DNA of 53,036 bases, taken from Basidiobolus meristosporus CBS 931.73 (Eukaryota; Fungi; Basidiobolomycota). The translations under genes were made by a program, and so were the position numbers. This document shows, piece by piece, positions 1-12,815 of the stretch; position 1 is the stretch's first letter, and each line of letters begins with the position of its first letter. The notes beneath the pieces were generated by a model. It had not been told where the DNA came from. It did not search any database and was given only the letters and a program-made list of their open reading frames with translations. The stretch covers positions 1 to 53,036 of the forward strand of contig MCFE01000611.1 in assembly GCA_002104905.1 (NCBI GenBank). Reading direction: 5' to 3'.

Positions 1-159
1 ATGCCTACTCTCATTTCATTGAGTAATATCTAAAGTTTCAACTTTTGGCATCTGGACCCAGGTTCTACATGTCAACTTTCAACCGATGGACCCAGGTCCT
101 GGGCCTCAGCATGCATCACTACACACAGGTCCTGGATATCAACACTTAGTAAATTGGGC
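1..159 (-). repeat. Exact inverted copy of satellite segment 38293-38451 (runs off the left edge of the window)
   Basis: Base-by-base comparison shows 1-159 is the reverse complement of 38293-38451 with no mismatch. Similarity stops abruptly after ...AATTGGGC at 159. Confidence 0.95.
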
Positions 160-790
160 CTAAGTACCCCAACTGATATTCCCTAGCCCACAAATAACTA
201 ATTTTAGTTATGATTTAATTCTCCCATCTCTGAGTCTATTTTTAGCTGTCACACCTGATCTACTTTCATTTGATTAGCACCTTGTCAACTGATATGCCTA
301 GCCTTCTCAGGAGATTAGTCATCTGATATGTACCCAATGAATTACCACTTGCCAAGCAATCAGCCAATTGATGATGTGATTTTAATTTATCTTATGTACC
401 AATCAACTCCTTGGTAGATATCAATTAGCAATCCACTTTCTTGGGGCTTACTGATTCACCGTGGTCAGAAAAGTGTAAATAAAGTCTACCAAACCTTTTG
501 GTTTAATGTGTATCTCAACATAACTCAGAGTCCAACAGTTCCATTCTAGTTTCTACCCAAGCCTTTTAAATCTAGCACTCCTAGGAACATCAAGCCTATC
601 CAGCAAAGCAAGTCAACTCTGTTGTTTTTATAGCCAAACCAAGCTATAGCCAGACAAATACTGGACCAGAACTCTTTTTCAAGTATATACACCTCTTCCT
701 GACAACTCTAGGATTCTGCACTTGATTGCTCCTTTGATTTGGCAAGACCATTCAGGAGCTTTTATTAACGTTTCTCTTGGCTATATCACA
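160..790 (+). mobile_element. 5'-truncated LTR, family D (homologous to solo LTR 41245-41942)
   Basis: Colinear, roughly 65-70% similar to 41294-41942 (aagtaccccaactga vs aagtgccctaactga; cagaaaagtgtaaataaa vs cagaaaagtataaataaa). Ends in ...TATCACA like ...TATAACA. The first ~50 bp are missing. Confidence 0.65.
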
Positions 791-2799
791 CTGGTACAAT
801 GAAGGGAGATTACGGAGGCAAAGAATTTGAGTCATTTAATTAGGTTGTCAGTGTAAAGAGACTGTCAAGTAACCAGCTAGTAATGCAATATGACTGAAAC
901 ATGGTTGTAATAAGGCCATCAAAGAACTATCAGTGTAAATTAAGTTTTTCACCAGAATTGAGAATTGTAACAGTACAGACCACTGAAAGATATCAAGCGT
1001 TTGTGATAGGTCCATAATGGGACCATTGAGAAACCATGAAGACACCATTAAGTTTTCTATCAGAAGTGGAAATTCCAATGGCCTAAGTGGCTGAAAGCAA
1101 ATGGATTCTGTGATAAGGTCATTGTGCAGCCATTGCAAACATTACAGATAACTTTGAGAAGCTGTTAAGATTTGCTGAGGGTATTTGACATTTACCACTA
1201 ATATAGGGCTGTCAAGGCTATGTGAGAAGTCTGCTGAACTCCATGTTAACAGGATTCATATGGTTCCATTGTAGGGTCTTTGCGGAGTGATCTAGACCTA
1301 ATCCACTCAAAATGTCAAAATATCTTTCATAGGAATCTAGGTATGCCTTCTGTATTGCTTGTTCCAGTACTAGTGCTGTTTACTGGACTGTGGACCAAAG
1401 AAAGCTGCCAAGCTACTAGACTTAGGCTTGTGCTTCTTACAGTACTTGGCTAGTGATGTGTGGATATTGTGATTGTCTATGATGGCATATTATATAGTGT
1501 TGTAAGAGTTTTGGAGATATTGGAAGTGATTGGGAGGACAAGTAAATTATGTGGTTTTCACTTAATGATTTATTGAATGTAAAAGTAGTATTTGTACTTT
1601 TACCTGGTCTTGGTATTACAAACATGTAGAATACGTTAATGCAGGTCCCAAGAACATTTGTGCAAAGTTTGGGGCTGTTTGGACAACTTTGAGAATTTCC
1701 ATGTTCTGGGTACCTGGTATTTTGGTGAAAATATTTTAAGTAAATCACAACAAGGATTTTGGTCAGTATTCTGTAGGATTTGAGTGTACTGATCTAAGAG
1801 ACAAAGTTAGGTGAATATTTAGGTGGAATTACAAATTTTTACAACATATAGAAGTGCGTGAATGCAAATAGTATGTAGTGTGACCTATGTTTTGGTAGGG
1901 GGTTGTTCCAATTTATATGTGTTATTTATTATAGCTTTAAATCATAATATCTTGAATTGTCATAGGGTCAACAACTCATATATGAGACTGTCTAAAATCT
2001 GCAGGATATCCAGATGAAAAAAGATATATTTGAGCTATAATGCTGATCTAGGTTCAATTTCCCCTTTTGGGCACAATTGCTCTGATGTCACAGGATAAAA
2101 AAGAAAAAAAAGACCAAGTTAGTACTGTAACCAGCATCTCACCCATAAAGCACAATGCCAGCACAGAAAGAACTGTTGTGATTTAAGAAGTGATTTGGAT
2201 ATAAGGAACTTATCAAGAAATAGTGATAATAGTTGAACTGTTGTTTCTTCATAAAGAAGCTTGGTATTTATACCTTTGTAGAAGTAATACAGCTGTAACA
2301 CTAAGCAAGGAGGGCTTCTCAATATTCAGGAGCATTCTGTAACAGTTTCAGGGTAAGTACATAATGTTTGGTAATAGTGCTAATTTGATTCTGACCATAG
2401 GGGAATAACCATAAGATCATAGATCTGAAGAAAGTGGCAAAGTTAGGGCTGTAAGTTAGTCCCTCAGTGTCCAAGACTAGTCCAGAATTGCTAAGTAAAT
2501 TTTGAGCTGCTGAATGATACCAAATAGTCCATTATTTCAACAAATAATCAAAGAATAGGGGGATTATTTTGCCACACATATATTATCTAGAGGATCTAGT
2601 ACAAGTGCAATTTCTGTGGCATTTAGCTAGTCACTCAACAGTTTTTTAATGATAACTGACTTCACTATTCTCTTAGTATAAACTGAGCAGAGTGGGTATG
2701 ACACATTAAGTTACTCTCCTCATACTTCTGAGGAGTCTCCTGGTGGTACAGCTAATAAAGAGGACACACAAGTAGACTGTGAGCCTATCTTGGAGAGCA

Positions 2800-4231
2800 A
2801 TGGTTCCTGGTACAAAGCCTGCAAAATAAGTATATGAAAGAGTATATACCATCACAAATATTCTGTGTAGCCAAATGAGTCCACAAATTCATCACTGGCA
2901 AAGGATGTGATGCATTGGATTGAGAAATGATACACTTTACCAATTTTAGTAGGAAGGGTATTGGGGACATACTGCTGCAACTGGCTAAAAAGCTTACTTC
3001 ACTGCAAGACACCACTAACATGCTATAAGTGAATAAGCACAATGAATCTGACTACATATGACCTGGAGCTGACATAGAGACCATCATGTGCCCATAGCTG
3101 TACACTATGCCAATCAATGTATAATGCCATTACCAAATGTCCAATTTAAAAGGAATCTACAACCAATGTTAGCAAATATCTTTCACATTCTGGACATATT
3201 ATGGTGATACCCTATCAAAAGATGCTACCACAGTCTAATGAGTACAATCATGCAATATAGTACTGCTATCAGTTTGTGTCAGCCAAAGAATTGAAGGATA
3301 TATTGGATGGAGAATACATCAACAAGCACAAGATTAAGGTCTTGTCAGAAGGTATGCTTGACCATGCCATTGCCTTGACATTTGGTAAATTGTCACCAAA
3401 CAAGTACACTGCCAGTAAATCTTGCTTGGCACTAGATCTCATCAGCTTGTATTTACCATCAATGTTATAGTATCTGGGCAGAAGCCTGAAGATAACCTCA
3501 TTAATATCTGGTCCAAGCTCACTGTTGAATTGGCTTAGCTGTTGGTACCCACTGTTAGCAAGGTTCCAGATAATCTCCAGAGTTATACTATTAGATGGCT
3601 GTCATGTTAGAGCACACAGAAAGCTTAGCATTGGATATACACCTGCAACTAACAAGATTGATGGATTATTTGAGTACAATGAATGATGTTACTGTCAAAT
3701 GTATGAGAAGCATGAAGTGTACTCCACCATCCATATGGACCATCTTTATCCAAGTACTAATACTAAAAATGAGCCCTGTCCTCAAAAAGAGTGTTCCAAA
3801 GGTGGGATGAGAATGCAAGAAAGCTGGCAAGTGATTAATCATCAGTCAAAGTATGGGACTAGCCAAGAGCCAAGTACACTGAGCATGGAGTGAGTCAGCT
3901 GGTGTGAAAGCAATCCACTAGAAAAAGTGCATTGCTATCCCACAATTTTCCGACAATGATGACAGAGCATACAAGGGACAATATAACCATAATGCACCAG
4001 TTGAGATTCCAGAGAAATTTAAACCAACTGGCAAGTTACTGTAATGCATCCATTGGCCAAGGTATACCCCAGAGGCACCAATTAATGTCCATACACATAT
4101 GCATCAACATAAGTGTGAGGACTGGTGGAACTGGATATTCACTTATTGTGGTGGCCTACTAAAGTAGTTTATTCCAGCAGCACACTGGAAGCATTGCAAG
4201 CTATTGGTGGATACTATAAAGATGTTCCTTT
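2800..4231 (+). pseudogene. Decayed CACTA/En-Spm-like transposase, N-terminal and central part (interrupted by Gypsy-A)
   Basis: Broken translation gives ITSLISGPSSLLNWLSCWYPLL (like the GIIPGP...SFL.PL motif) and HKCEDWWNWIFTYCGGLLK*FIPAAHWKHCKLLVDTIKMFL (like the FKAEEW.NW...YS..LL motif). Many stops and frameshifts. The start coordinate is approximate. Confidence 0.65.
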
Positions 4232-4599
4232 TGTTACAAGTATTGGTATAAGAGTTGTAGAGGAATAGAGAGTTTAGCTAGTATTGTATTCACTAAAACT
4301 TGAGCGGATTTTTATTGAGATTTGAGCAGCTCCTTATATACATTTTGCCAGATCAATTGCTGACTAATTGTATTTCCTAATGTAGGTTGTGGCTGATGAC
4401 TCATATGATTGCATCATCATCACCCAATAAGATCCTACTTAATATATCTATTTCTGTCTGATAAGGGTCTGCTGATTTATTTGCTGACTAATGCTACTGA
4501 TTTCATATATTATACTAATATACTGATAACCTAAACATATACTAATTGATTTGACCAACAACTTATCTAACTTAATCATTCAAGCGGCAGATCATAACA
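4232..4599 (-). repeat. 3' LTR of element A (368 bp)
   Basis: TGTTACAAG...GATCATAACA termini. About 93% identical to 14649-15229 once the MITE is removed. Confidence 0.95.
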
Positions 4600-4610
4600 T
4601 TCTCCCCTAC
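4600..4610 (-). other. Polypurine tract of element A
   Basis: Minus strand GTAGGGGAGAA abuts the 3' LTR. Confidence 0.85.
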
Positions 4611-4612
4611 TA

Positions 4613-6454
4613 AAGTTGAGAGGGTTCTCCTGAATCTCTTTTCTTATGATACCAATATCTTGATGGTTCAGTATTATCAGCAAGTCTTGCAAGCTTGAGT
4701 CTGTCCCTATGCACTAAGTCTTCCCGTATATTGCCTTGTTTGTCCACTAGTTGGTAAGTTGCAAATGAACATTCTCTGATAATCTTGAATGATCCTGTTC
4801 ATTGTGGCTCAAACTTCTTGCAAGTGTTGTTTCTTAGCAATACAAAGTTCCTAACTGTCAATGCTTCTGGTGCTATAGTCTTATCAGATCTCTGCTTCAT
4901 CTTTTCTGCACTTTGAGATACTTTGTTCTGTGCCTCTTGACGTCTTTGTTCCAGTTGCTGGTGTCTACTTGGCTGACTGAATTCATCTTCTAAGGTGTCT
5001 GTAAGCTTTGGTTGTGTGAGATCTCCTGTAATCCTTGGTTCACATCCATACACTAAGTAAAACAGTGATTGCTGGGTGGTGTTATGTACTCTGACTCTGC
5101 ATGCAAAGAGTGCTTGGTCTATATACTCATCTCATCTACTGACAACTCCATTTGCATACTTGGTCAGCATTTTTTAAAATAATCCATTAAACCAATGAGT
5201 GACTCCATTAGTTCTGGGGTGATATGCCAAGGTTTTCAGGTGTCTGATCTGCTGCATTTCCAGGTAAGCCTCTAATGTCTTTGCAATAAAGTTTGCTCCT
5301 CTATCAGATAGGATCTCCACAGGGCTTCCAAACTTCATCAGAATCCCATGGTAAATGAAACTTGCAACTTCTTGTTCACTGGCTATTGGTGCAGCTTTAG
5401 CAACCGGCCATATAGTGGCATGGTCAATTGCTACTATGATCCAACTGTTGCATTTCCTGGTGGTTGGCAGTCTTCCATTAAAGTCAATTCCCCATCTTTC
5501 AAATGGTCTTACAGGCTCCAAGGGAAAGAGTTTGGAAATTCTCTGTGATTGGCTTTGGTTGATTTGGCAATTTGGGCATGTTTTCACCAGCTTCTCAATG
5601 TCTTGTTTCATTCTGAGCCACCATGCTCTGGCTTTCACAAGGCTATAGGTTCCTTCAGTTCCAAGATGTCCATATCCATTGTGTAGCTTATGTATGAAAT
5701 CCAGGCAAGAAACATAAGGGAAATAGGCAATAGGACTTCGATCAACAATTTGGTAGAGTGTTTCATCCTGTACTACAAATTTGCTGGCTTCATCACGGAT
5801 TATCTTCTTGATATCTTCATCCACCTCATTAGGAATGGCTTGGTCTTCCAAGTACTTTGGTAATAGGCTAGGCCAATCTGATTCATGCACCAAGCTGAGT
5901 TGTGCAACTTGATCTAATTTTGATAAGGCATCAGCAACCATGTTGTTTTTTCCAGGGCAGTGGATAATCACCAGGTCAAATTGCTGAGTGTATTCACTCC
6001 ATCTTGTCATTCTTCTAGATAGTACCTTCTGAGTCAATATATACTTGAGGGAGGCATGATCAGTCTTCACAGTGCATTTGACTCCTTCAATATAGCATCT
6101 CCATGACTTCAAGCAGTGTATTATAGCAAGCATCTCCTTCTCATGGACTGGATTGTTTTGTTCTGCTGAGTTCAGTTTCTTGGATTCAAAGACAACAGGG
6201 TAGTCCTTTTCCTTGTGTTCTTGGCTCAGCACTTCACCAATTGCATAATCTGAAGAATCTGTGCACAGAGTGAACTCTTTTCTGAAGTCTGGTATTCTTA
6301 AGCTTGGCAGGTTAGCAAGTTCATTCTTGAGCGTCTGGAAGGCAGTCTCACCAGCTATGTCCCACTTGTAGGTATTGTCTTTCATGAGGATATCAGTTAA
6401 AGGGGCTGCAATACTTGCAAAAGACTTGACAAATCCCCAATAATAGGAAACCAT
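4613..6454 (-). pseudogene. pol: Element A pol: RNase H and integrase (426-aa ORF 5174-6454 plus broken C-terminus)
   Basis: RNase H motifs LCTDSSDY and EKEMLAII...TDHASL. Integrase zinc-finger HNGYGH...CPNC and catalytic WGIDF...ILSDRG...YHPRTNG. Confidence 0.95.
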
Positions 6455-6501
6455 TCCAAGGAATGATCTGAGCTCTGATATGCTATGGGCTGCTTCAAAT
6501 T

Positions 6502-7481
6502 CTAGATAACTTCAGCCTTCTTAGGGAATAAGGTCACTCCTGTGCTAGTCACTATGGGTCCCAGATATTCAACGTGTTCCTTGAAGAATTCACACTTGGC
6601 TAGCTTGCCATATAGCTTGTTCTCTCTTAGTTTCTTCAAGACCTTTTCAATGTGCACCACATGATCCTCTTCTGTCTTGCTGTATATCAATATGTCATCC
6701 AGGTTGATTATCACAGACTTGTCTAAGTACTCCTGAAAGACAGTCTGCATCAGCGTCATGAATGTTGCAGGGGCATTAGTGAGGCCAAAACTTATGACTA
6801 AGTACTTGTAATGTCCATATCTGGTCCTGAATGCTGTCTTAATGATATCTTCTGGTTTCACCCTAATCTGGTTATATCCTGACATTAGGTCAATCTTGCT
6901 GAATATGGTTGGTCCAAAAGCTCATAAATCCAAGGTATGGGGTACTTATTCTTGACGGTACCTGAGTTGAGGGCTCTGTAGTCAATGCACATCCTAAGTG
7001 TTCCATCCTTCTTTTTCACAAAAAGCAATGCTGCTCCCCAAGGTGACTTGCTAGGTCTGATGTATCCTTGCTCCAATAGCTGACCAATTTGTCTCTTCAT
7101 TTCCTCCAATTCCAATGGACTCATTCTGTAAGGTGTCTTGCTAGCTGGAGGGCTATCTCCTGTGTCAATAGCATGATCCACATCTCTGACTGGTGGTAGG
7201 CTTACAAGCTCATCTGGAAACACGTCTAAATATTTCTTCAAGAGAGTCTGGACCTGCTGGGGTGCTGGGGTAGCGGAATCCTCCTGTAATACTGCCATGA
7301 GGAACATCTGGGTTCCATTTCTAAGTGCTCTAGAGAACTGGGTCTTGCTAAGTTCACTTGTCTCACACATACTGGAATTGACCAAGTTGAAATCCAGCCA
7401 GGCAGTTAATAGCTCATAGGTCTTGTTGTCTTTTTGGATCTGAGTAGCATGGGTTCTCCAGTTGATTGATGGATTACACAA
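6502..7481 (-). pseudogene. pol: Element A pol: reverse transcriptase (frameshifted)
   Basis: [10 protein letters not shown]...[38 protein letters not shown]...FGLTNAPATF. The YLDD motif reads NLDD. Confidence 0.95.
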
Positions 7482-7645
7482 AATATCCAGGTTTTTCCAA
7501 GTACAAGGTCAAACTTGCAGTTCCCAAATATTTAAGCTGGTAGGTCTTTTTCATAGTCATTGATCTTCATTCTTACTGGCTGGGTAATATGGTTGATTAT
7601 GTGAGAGTTCCCATCAGCTGTGGAGACTGAAGTGGATTTGGTGGG

Positions 7646-8728
7646 TTATGAGTTGATTCCAGCTTTCAAGGCAAATTGCTCTGACATGTACTCATGCAGT
7701 GCTCCTGAGTCAATCATGATCTTAGCAGGTACTCCATTGATTACTCCATTCAAGTATAATAGCTTTTCTGAGTTTGAGGTTATCTGGGATAGGTATTCTT
7801 CTGTCATGTGGAAGGTGAGTTCTAAGTCTTCTTCAAGTTCATCCTCCATGTTACTATGCTCCATGGCCTCAATACGGCTAAAGGTTCTTGATGGCTGGTG
7901 TCCATTTCTTCTCTGAAGGCAGTACTTTGCAATATGTCCTTGCTGGTGGCAATAGAAGCAAAGTCCTTTCTTCTTACATTCTTCTGAGGTGGGATTCTTC
8001 TGCATAGCATCTATTTCCATTGGTACTGCTTCTGACTGTCTTCATTCATAATGATTGTAGCCTTTCTGATTAGTTGCTGTAGGCTTCTAAACTCCAAACA
8101 TAGCTGAGTCATGGTCAATGGCAATCTTGATGGCTTCTTCAATAGTCTGAGGTCTTCAATAACTCACTTCCTTGCAAGTTCTTTCTTTCAACCCATCAAT
8201 AAAGTATTCAACTTGATCCAGGGGGTCCATTCTTTCAATTTGTCCAAGTAGACATCTGTACTCATAGATGTATTCTTGAACCATTCCTTTCTGTCTGAGT
8301 GTCTTTAACTTCCTTCTTAGTAGTGTCTGCTGGTGTGGAGGTTCAAAAGCATCCTGAATTTCTGTCACAAACTCATCCCAGGTAGAGATTGTAGAGCATC
8401 CAATCATATTGGCTGACCTGATCTTGTTGTGGTACCACTCTAAAGCTGCATCTGCCAGGTAAGAAGCTGCATAATGCAACTTGCTTTCTGGAGCAATTCC
8501 TTTAGCTTTAAAAGCTTCTTCAATCTGAAAGAGCAAAGTTCCCAGGTTTTCATTAACTCTGCCATGGTACCGGTTGACCTTCACACTAAAGTTGCTCTTG
8601 ACAGGGCTTTGCTGGCTCTGAGCCATGGTAGTCATTCCTTGTTGCTGTTGGCTGAGGACCTGGAGTAACTGTTGCTGTTGGGCCAGGACTTGCTGCATGG
8701 CATTCTTCCATTCTTGATTGTCCAACAT
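7646..8728 (-). pseudogene. gag: Element A gag (capsid, CCHC knuckle) and aspartic protease, in one frame
   Basis: Retrotransposon gag (YHGRVNENLGTLLFQIEEAF...LRQKGMVQEY), knuckle CFYCHQQGHIAKYC and protease IMIDSGA. ORFs 8156-8728 and 7646-8020 share a frame and are separated by TGA/TAG stops. Confidence 0.92.
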
Positions 8729-8769
8729 CTTGAGGGTGGTTTCTTCTTTCTTCAGGAGGGAGGTTTCTG

Positions 8770-8787
8770 GTTATTGCTGCTGCCAAT
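8770..8787 (-). promoter_or_regulatory. Primer-binding site of element A, displaced from its LTR by element B
   Basis: Removing B and one CCAAT copy restores ...CTTGTAACA-T-TGGCAGCAGCAATAACC on the minus strand. The priming tRNA was not identified. Confidence 0.7.
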
Positions 8788-9315
8788 TGTTATGATTAGA
8801 CACAAGGCAGGAGAGTAGAGCTAGGCAAGGCAGGACCAGGAAAGGACTTAGGTGTGGATCATCAAGGCAAGGTGGGTTTCCAAGGCAAGGCTGTTTATTC
8901 AAGACCTGTGTTTATCAGACTGAGGGATACTTAAGGGGGAATAGGACTATACATACTTTTTGGCTATACTGATGCCAAGAGATATTGGCTAATACTAATG
9001 GGGTTGTGGGGTGAGGTGCAGCAATGTGCTGGGGATAATAATATAGAAGGCAAGGTACTGAGACAGGATGGGGAAATGGATTGGGTCACCTGATCATGTA
9101 ACCAGGTCATGTGATTAGGTATTTCCATATATGGTACTGGACTATGAAAAATATGATGGGAAGCTTCCATGGAATGTTCAATTGTGTAACAATGGTTTGG
9201 AATGGTCAGGAACTTTCTGGAAGGTGGTAGAAGGTTCCAGAAGGAATCTCTTAGAAATTCAGCTAGGAAGCTGAAACTTGGCATGGGTGTTCATGGCTAT
9301 CATGTGATCATGAAA
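8788..9315 (-). repeat. 3' LTR of element B (528 bp)
   Basis: Direct repeat of 14137-14644, with an extra 18 bp between CAAGGCAAGG direct repeats. Confidence 0.95.
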
Positions 9316-9330
9316 CTATTCTCCTCTTCC
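9316..9330 (-). other. Polypurine tract of element B
   Basis: Minus strand GGAAGAGGAGAATAG abuts the 3' LTR and includes an in-frame TAG. Confidence 0.85.
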
Positions 9331-9349
9331 AGGCAAAGCTCTGTTTCCC

Positions 9350-9530
9350 TTTGGGGCAGGTTTTGCAGGATATTGCTGGTGGAACTAGGTATACTAGTTC
9401 TTGACAATTAGTGAGATGGGTAGCTGGTTCCCATGTTTAGTCACTTGGACCATACCAATCCAGTCTACTAAGTAGCACAGCTTTGACCGGATATACTTGG
9501 AGCCTAGAATCTGTTTAACTTCAAATTCTT
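9350..9530 (-). pseudogene. Integrase C-terminal chromodomain of element B
   Basis: Manual translation across frameshifts: EFEVKQILGSKYIRSKLCYLVDW/GYGPSD*TWEPATHLTNCQELV/FHQQYPAKP. Confidence 0.85.
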
Positions 9531-9724
9531 AATGTTGGTCAACCTGGATGGCTTGGGGCTTTGCTTCTTGCCAGTTTGGCAAGGTGTTCCTTACAATAAG
9601 GCTCCAGGAGGGACACATGGAAAGTATCATGGATTTTCATACTTGCTGGTAACTGTAGCTGATATACTATAGGCTAATGCTTCTTCTTGATCTTGAAGGA
9701 CCAAGTTTCTTGAAATCCAACTTG

Positions 9725-10734
9725 TCACAAGGCAGTTAGCACTGATGTTTCTTCTGAGCAACCATACAGAATCTCCTTCATTAAAATCAGGGCTGGATGC
9801 CATTTTAGATTGGCATATTTCTTGTAGCTTTCCTGAGCTAAGGATAGTTCTTCCTTGAGGGTATTCTGGATGTCCTGAATTGCTTGGGCATGCTCAGCCA
9901 CATGTGGGCTCATTGGGTTTGTTGGAATCTGTATATCAAACTGAGGGTGGAATCCATGGTTTGCATAGAATGGTGTAAAACCGGTTGCACTATGGCTTGA
10001 GTTGTTGTAGGCAAACTCAGCAACAGGGAGTAGATCAACCCAATTGTCTTGCTGGTAATTGATATAGCACCGGAGGTATAGCTCTAGAATCTGGTTGATT
10101 CTTTCAGTCTGGCCATCAGACTGTGGGTGGAAGGCAGTCAAGAACTTGACTTGAACACCAAGGTATTGCATGAAATGTTTCCAAAACTTGGACACAAACT
10201 GTGGGACTCTATCTGACACAATATCACTGGGACACCATGAAGGCGGAAATATTCTTCAGGACTAATGCAGCGTTTCTTTGCATCAGTGTTCTTACAGCAA
10301 GGGATAAAGTGAGCCATCTTGGCCAGCCGGTCAGTCACTACAAGTATAGCATTGAAGCCACATGACTCAGGGAGGTCAGTAATGAAGTCCATAGATATAG
10401 ATCTCCATTGGTGTTCTGAGATAGGCAAGGGTTGAAGAAGTCCATAGGGCTGGTGTCTGGCTGGTTTTGCATGGTTGCAAATATCACAAGTCAGAATGTA
10501 CTCTTTGATAAGAGTTATCATTCTAGGCCACCAGAAATCTCTTTTGATAGCATTCAAGGTTTTGGCAGTACCAAAGTGGCCTGCAGCCATTGAATCATGC
10601 CAAGACTTAATGATATCTTGCTGGGTGCCTGGGTCTGGGACATAAAGCTGCTGCTTGTGGTAGATGAACTTGTTTACCAAATGCAGGTTCTGGATGTTTG
10701 GGAACTGATATTTCTTGATGGTGCTGGAAGTCAT
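9725..10734 (-). pseudogene. pol: Element B integrase
   Basis: WHDSMAAGHFG...CDIC zinc finger, ISMDFITDLP...VVTDRLAKMAHFIPC, SDRVPQF...AFHPQSDGQTERINQILE. Confidence 0.95.
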
Positions 10735-10967
10735 ATCAGAGGCTTGGATTCTGATATCCTTAATAGGAATGAAGGGATGACAAGACTTGAGGACTGGGTA
10801 GCAAGAATCTCAAAATATTGCTTGCTCAGCAATGGGTGTTCCATTTGTCAACAGGCATCATCTCCCTCTTCCAGGGCATATTCCTTTTTTCTGGACAGGG
10901 CATCAGGCTTTCCTTGCTTTGCACCAGGTCTATAGGTGATAGTAAAGTCAAAGCTGGACAGGAAGAG

Positions 10968-12100
10968 TTACCATCTGGCTTGACTCTGGTTTAGTACTTT
11001 GGAAGTTGCAAAGTACTCAAGGTTCTTATGGCCACAGAAGACTTTGATTTTGTATTTTGCACCATCCAGGTAGTGTCTCCATTGCACAAAGGCTACAATG
11101 ATGGCAAGCAACTCCTTATCATAGATATTATAGTTGATCTCTGCAGGGGAAAACTTCCAAGAGTGGAATGCAATGGGGTGCAACACATTGTCCTCATCTT
11201 ACTGGGAGAGTATGGCATCACGGGCAAAATCAGAAGCATCAGTCTCCACTATGAGTTGCTTCTCAAGGTCAGGGTGGGCAAGCAGGGGGCCTTCAGGAAA
11301 GATTTCTTGAGTTGGTTGAATGAGGTGGATTGCTCCTCATTCCAGGCAAAAGGTGTGTTCTTCTGGGTAAGCTTAGTCAGAGAGGTGACTATCTTGGAGT
11401 AGTTGGCTATGAGCCTGCAATTGAAGTTGGCAAATCCCAGGAAGGATTGTGCTTCCTTGACTGAGCTTGGAGTTTTCCAGGATTGGACTGAGTCAACTTT
11501 CTTTGGGTCCATTCTGGTTCCCTCAGGGCTGATGAGGTAACCAAGAAATTCCACTTCTCTCGGGTCAAATTCACACTTCTCTAGCTTGGCATAGAGACCA
11601 GCAGAGTCTAGTTTTCTCAATACTTTCTTGACATGTTCATCATGTTCATCTTGACTCTTGAAGTATATGAGAATATCATCAAGGTAGATTACCACAAACT
11701 GGTCAAGGTATTCACAGAATATGTCATTCATGAGGTGTTGAAACACAGCAGGGGCATTGGTGAGGCCAAATGGCATTACTTTGTACTCAAAGTAACCATA
11801 TCTTGTGCAAAAGGCAGTTTTCCGTATATCACCAGGCTTGATTCTGACCAGATTGTAAGCTCCCCCCAAGTCTATCTTAGTGAAGACTTGGGCAGCAGAT
11901 AGCTGATCCAACAGTGTGTTGATCAGGGGCAGGGGTAGCGGTTCTTGACTGTGATCTTTTTCAAAGCATGGTAGTCCACACACATTGTGAGGGTGCCATC
12001 CTTCTTCTTGACAAAGAGGATTGGGGCTCCAGCAGGTGATTTGGAGTGCTGAATAAAACCCTTTTGGAGGTTTTCTTCAATATTACCATGAGGTTCTTTC
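10968..12100 (-). pseudogene. pol: Element B reverse transcriptase and RNase H
   Basis: FTKIDLGGAYNLVRI...KTAF...FGLTNAPAVFQ...YLDDILIY, and [29 protein letters not shown]. Confidence 0.95.
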
Positions 12101-12419
12101 AACTCCAGCTGGGAGAGGTTATATATTGGGCCAAATGGAGAGATTTTTCCATCTTCAAGGTCAATAGGGCAGTCATACGGCCAATGGTCAGGGAGGAGTT
12201 CTGCTTTCTTCTTGTCAAGGACATGGGCAAACTCTTGGGACTTGGCTGGTATGCTTGCTCAGGGGGCTCCTTCAGCTGGCAAGTTATCTTGGGCTGTTAA
12301 ACTGTTGGTAACAGTCTTTTCACAGTTATCAGGGTCTGGATATTTCATGGAGTTGACTTAGTGGGATCTGGTGAATGACAGGATCTTGGATTTCCAATCA
12401 ATAGTTGAATTGTGGTAGC

Positions 12420-12815
12420 TCAGCCATGAGCTTCCAAGCACAGTAGGATAGTGTGGTGAGTTGATGATGTTGAAGGCAATTCTTTCTTGGTGAGCAGTAC
12501 TGGACAGCTGAAGTAAGCATGTTTCATGGGTACAGCACCAGATGAGAGTGATCTTTCATCAATAACATCTACTTGGACTGGACAGGATTTCAAGGTAACA
12601 GGAATAGAGTGCTTCTGGACAAAGGCTTGGTCAATGAAACAGGATGCCGCACTGGAATCAATCAGGGCTAGGACTGGGATAGGACTGGAGTCAGGGATCT
12701 GGATTTTGACAGGCATTCTCAAGGACTGGATAGATTTTGTGGCAAAGGAAGATTCTTGGATATGCTGGATTTTCATGGGTGGTCCAGTTGCAAGCCTGTC
12801 AGTGCAACTGGACAT
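12420..12815 (-). pseudogene. pol: Element B aspartic protease
   Basis: PVLALIDSSAASCFIDQAFVQKHSIP (decayed DSG motif). Confidence 0.85.

Noticed and set aside
5348-5648. Plus-strand ORFs overlapping pol (also 10597-10935, 11028-11402, 11633-11902, 12046-12300)
   Set aside because: Antisense shadows of retrotransposon coding sequence with no recognisable domains.
8964-9411. ORFs inside LTR-B (also 14328-14613)
   Set aside because: They lie in LTR sequence, differ in extent between the two LTR copies, and show no domain.
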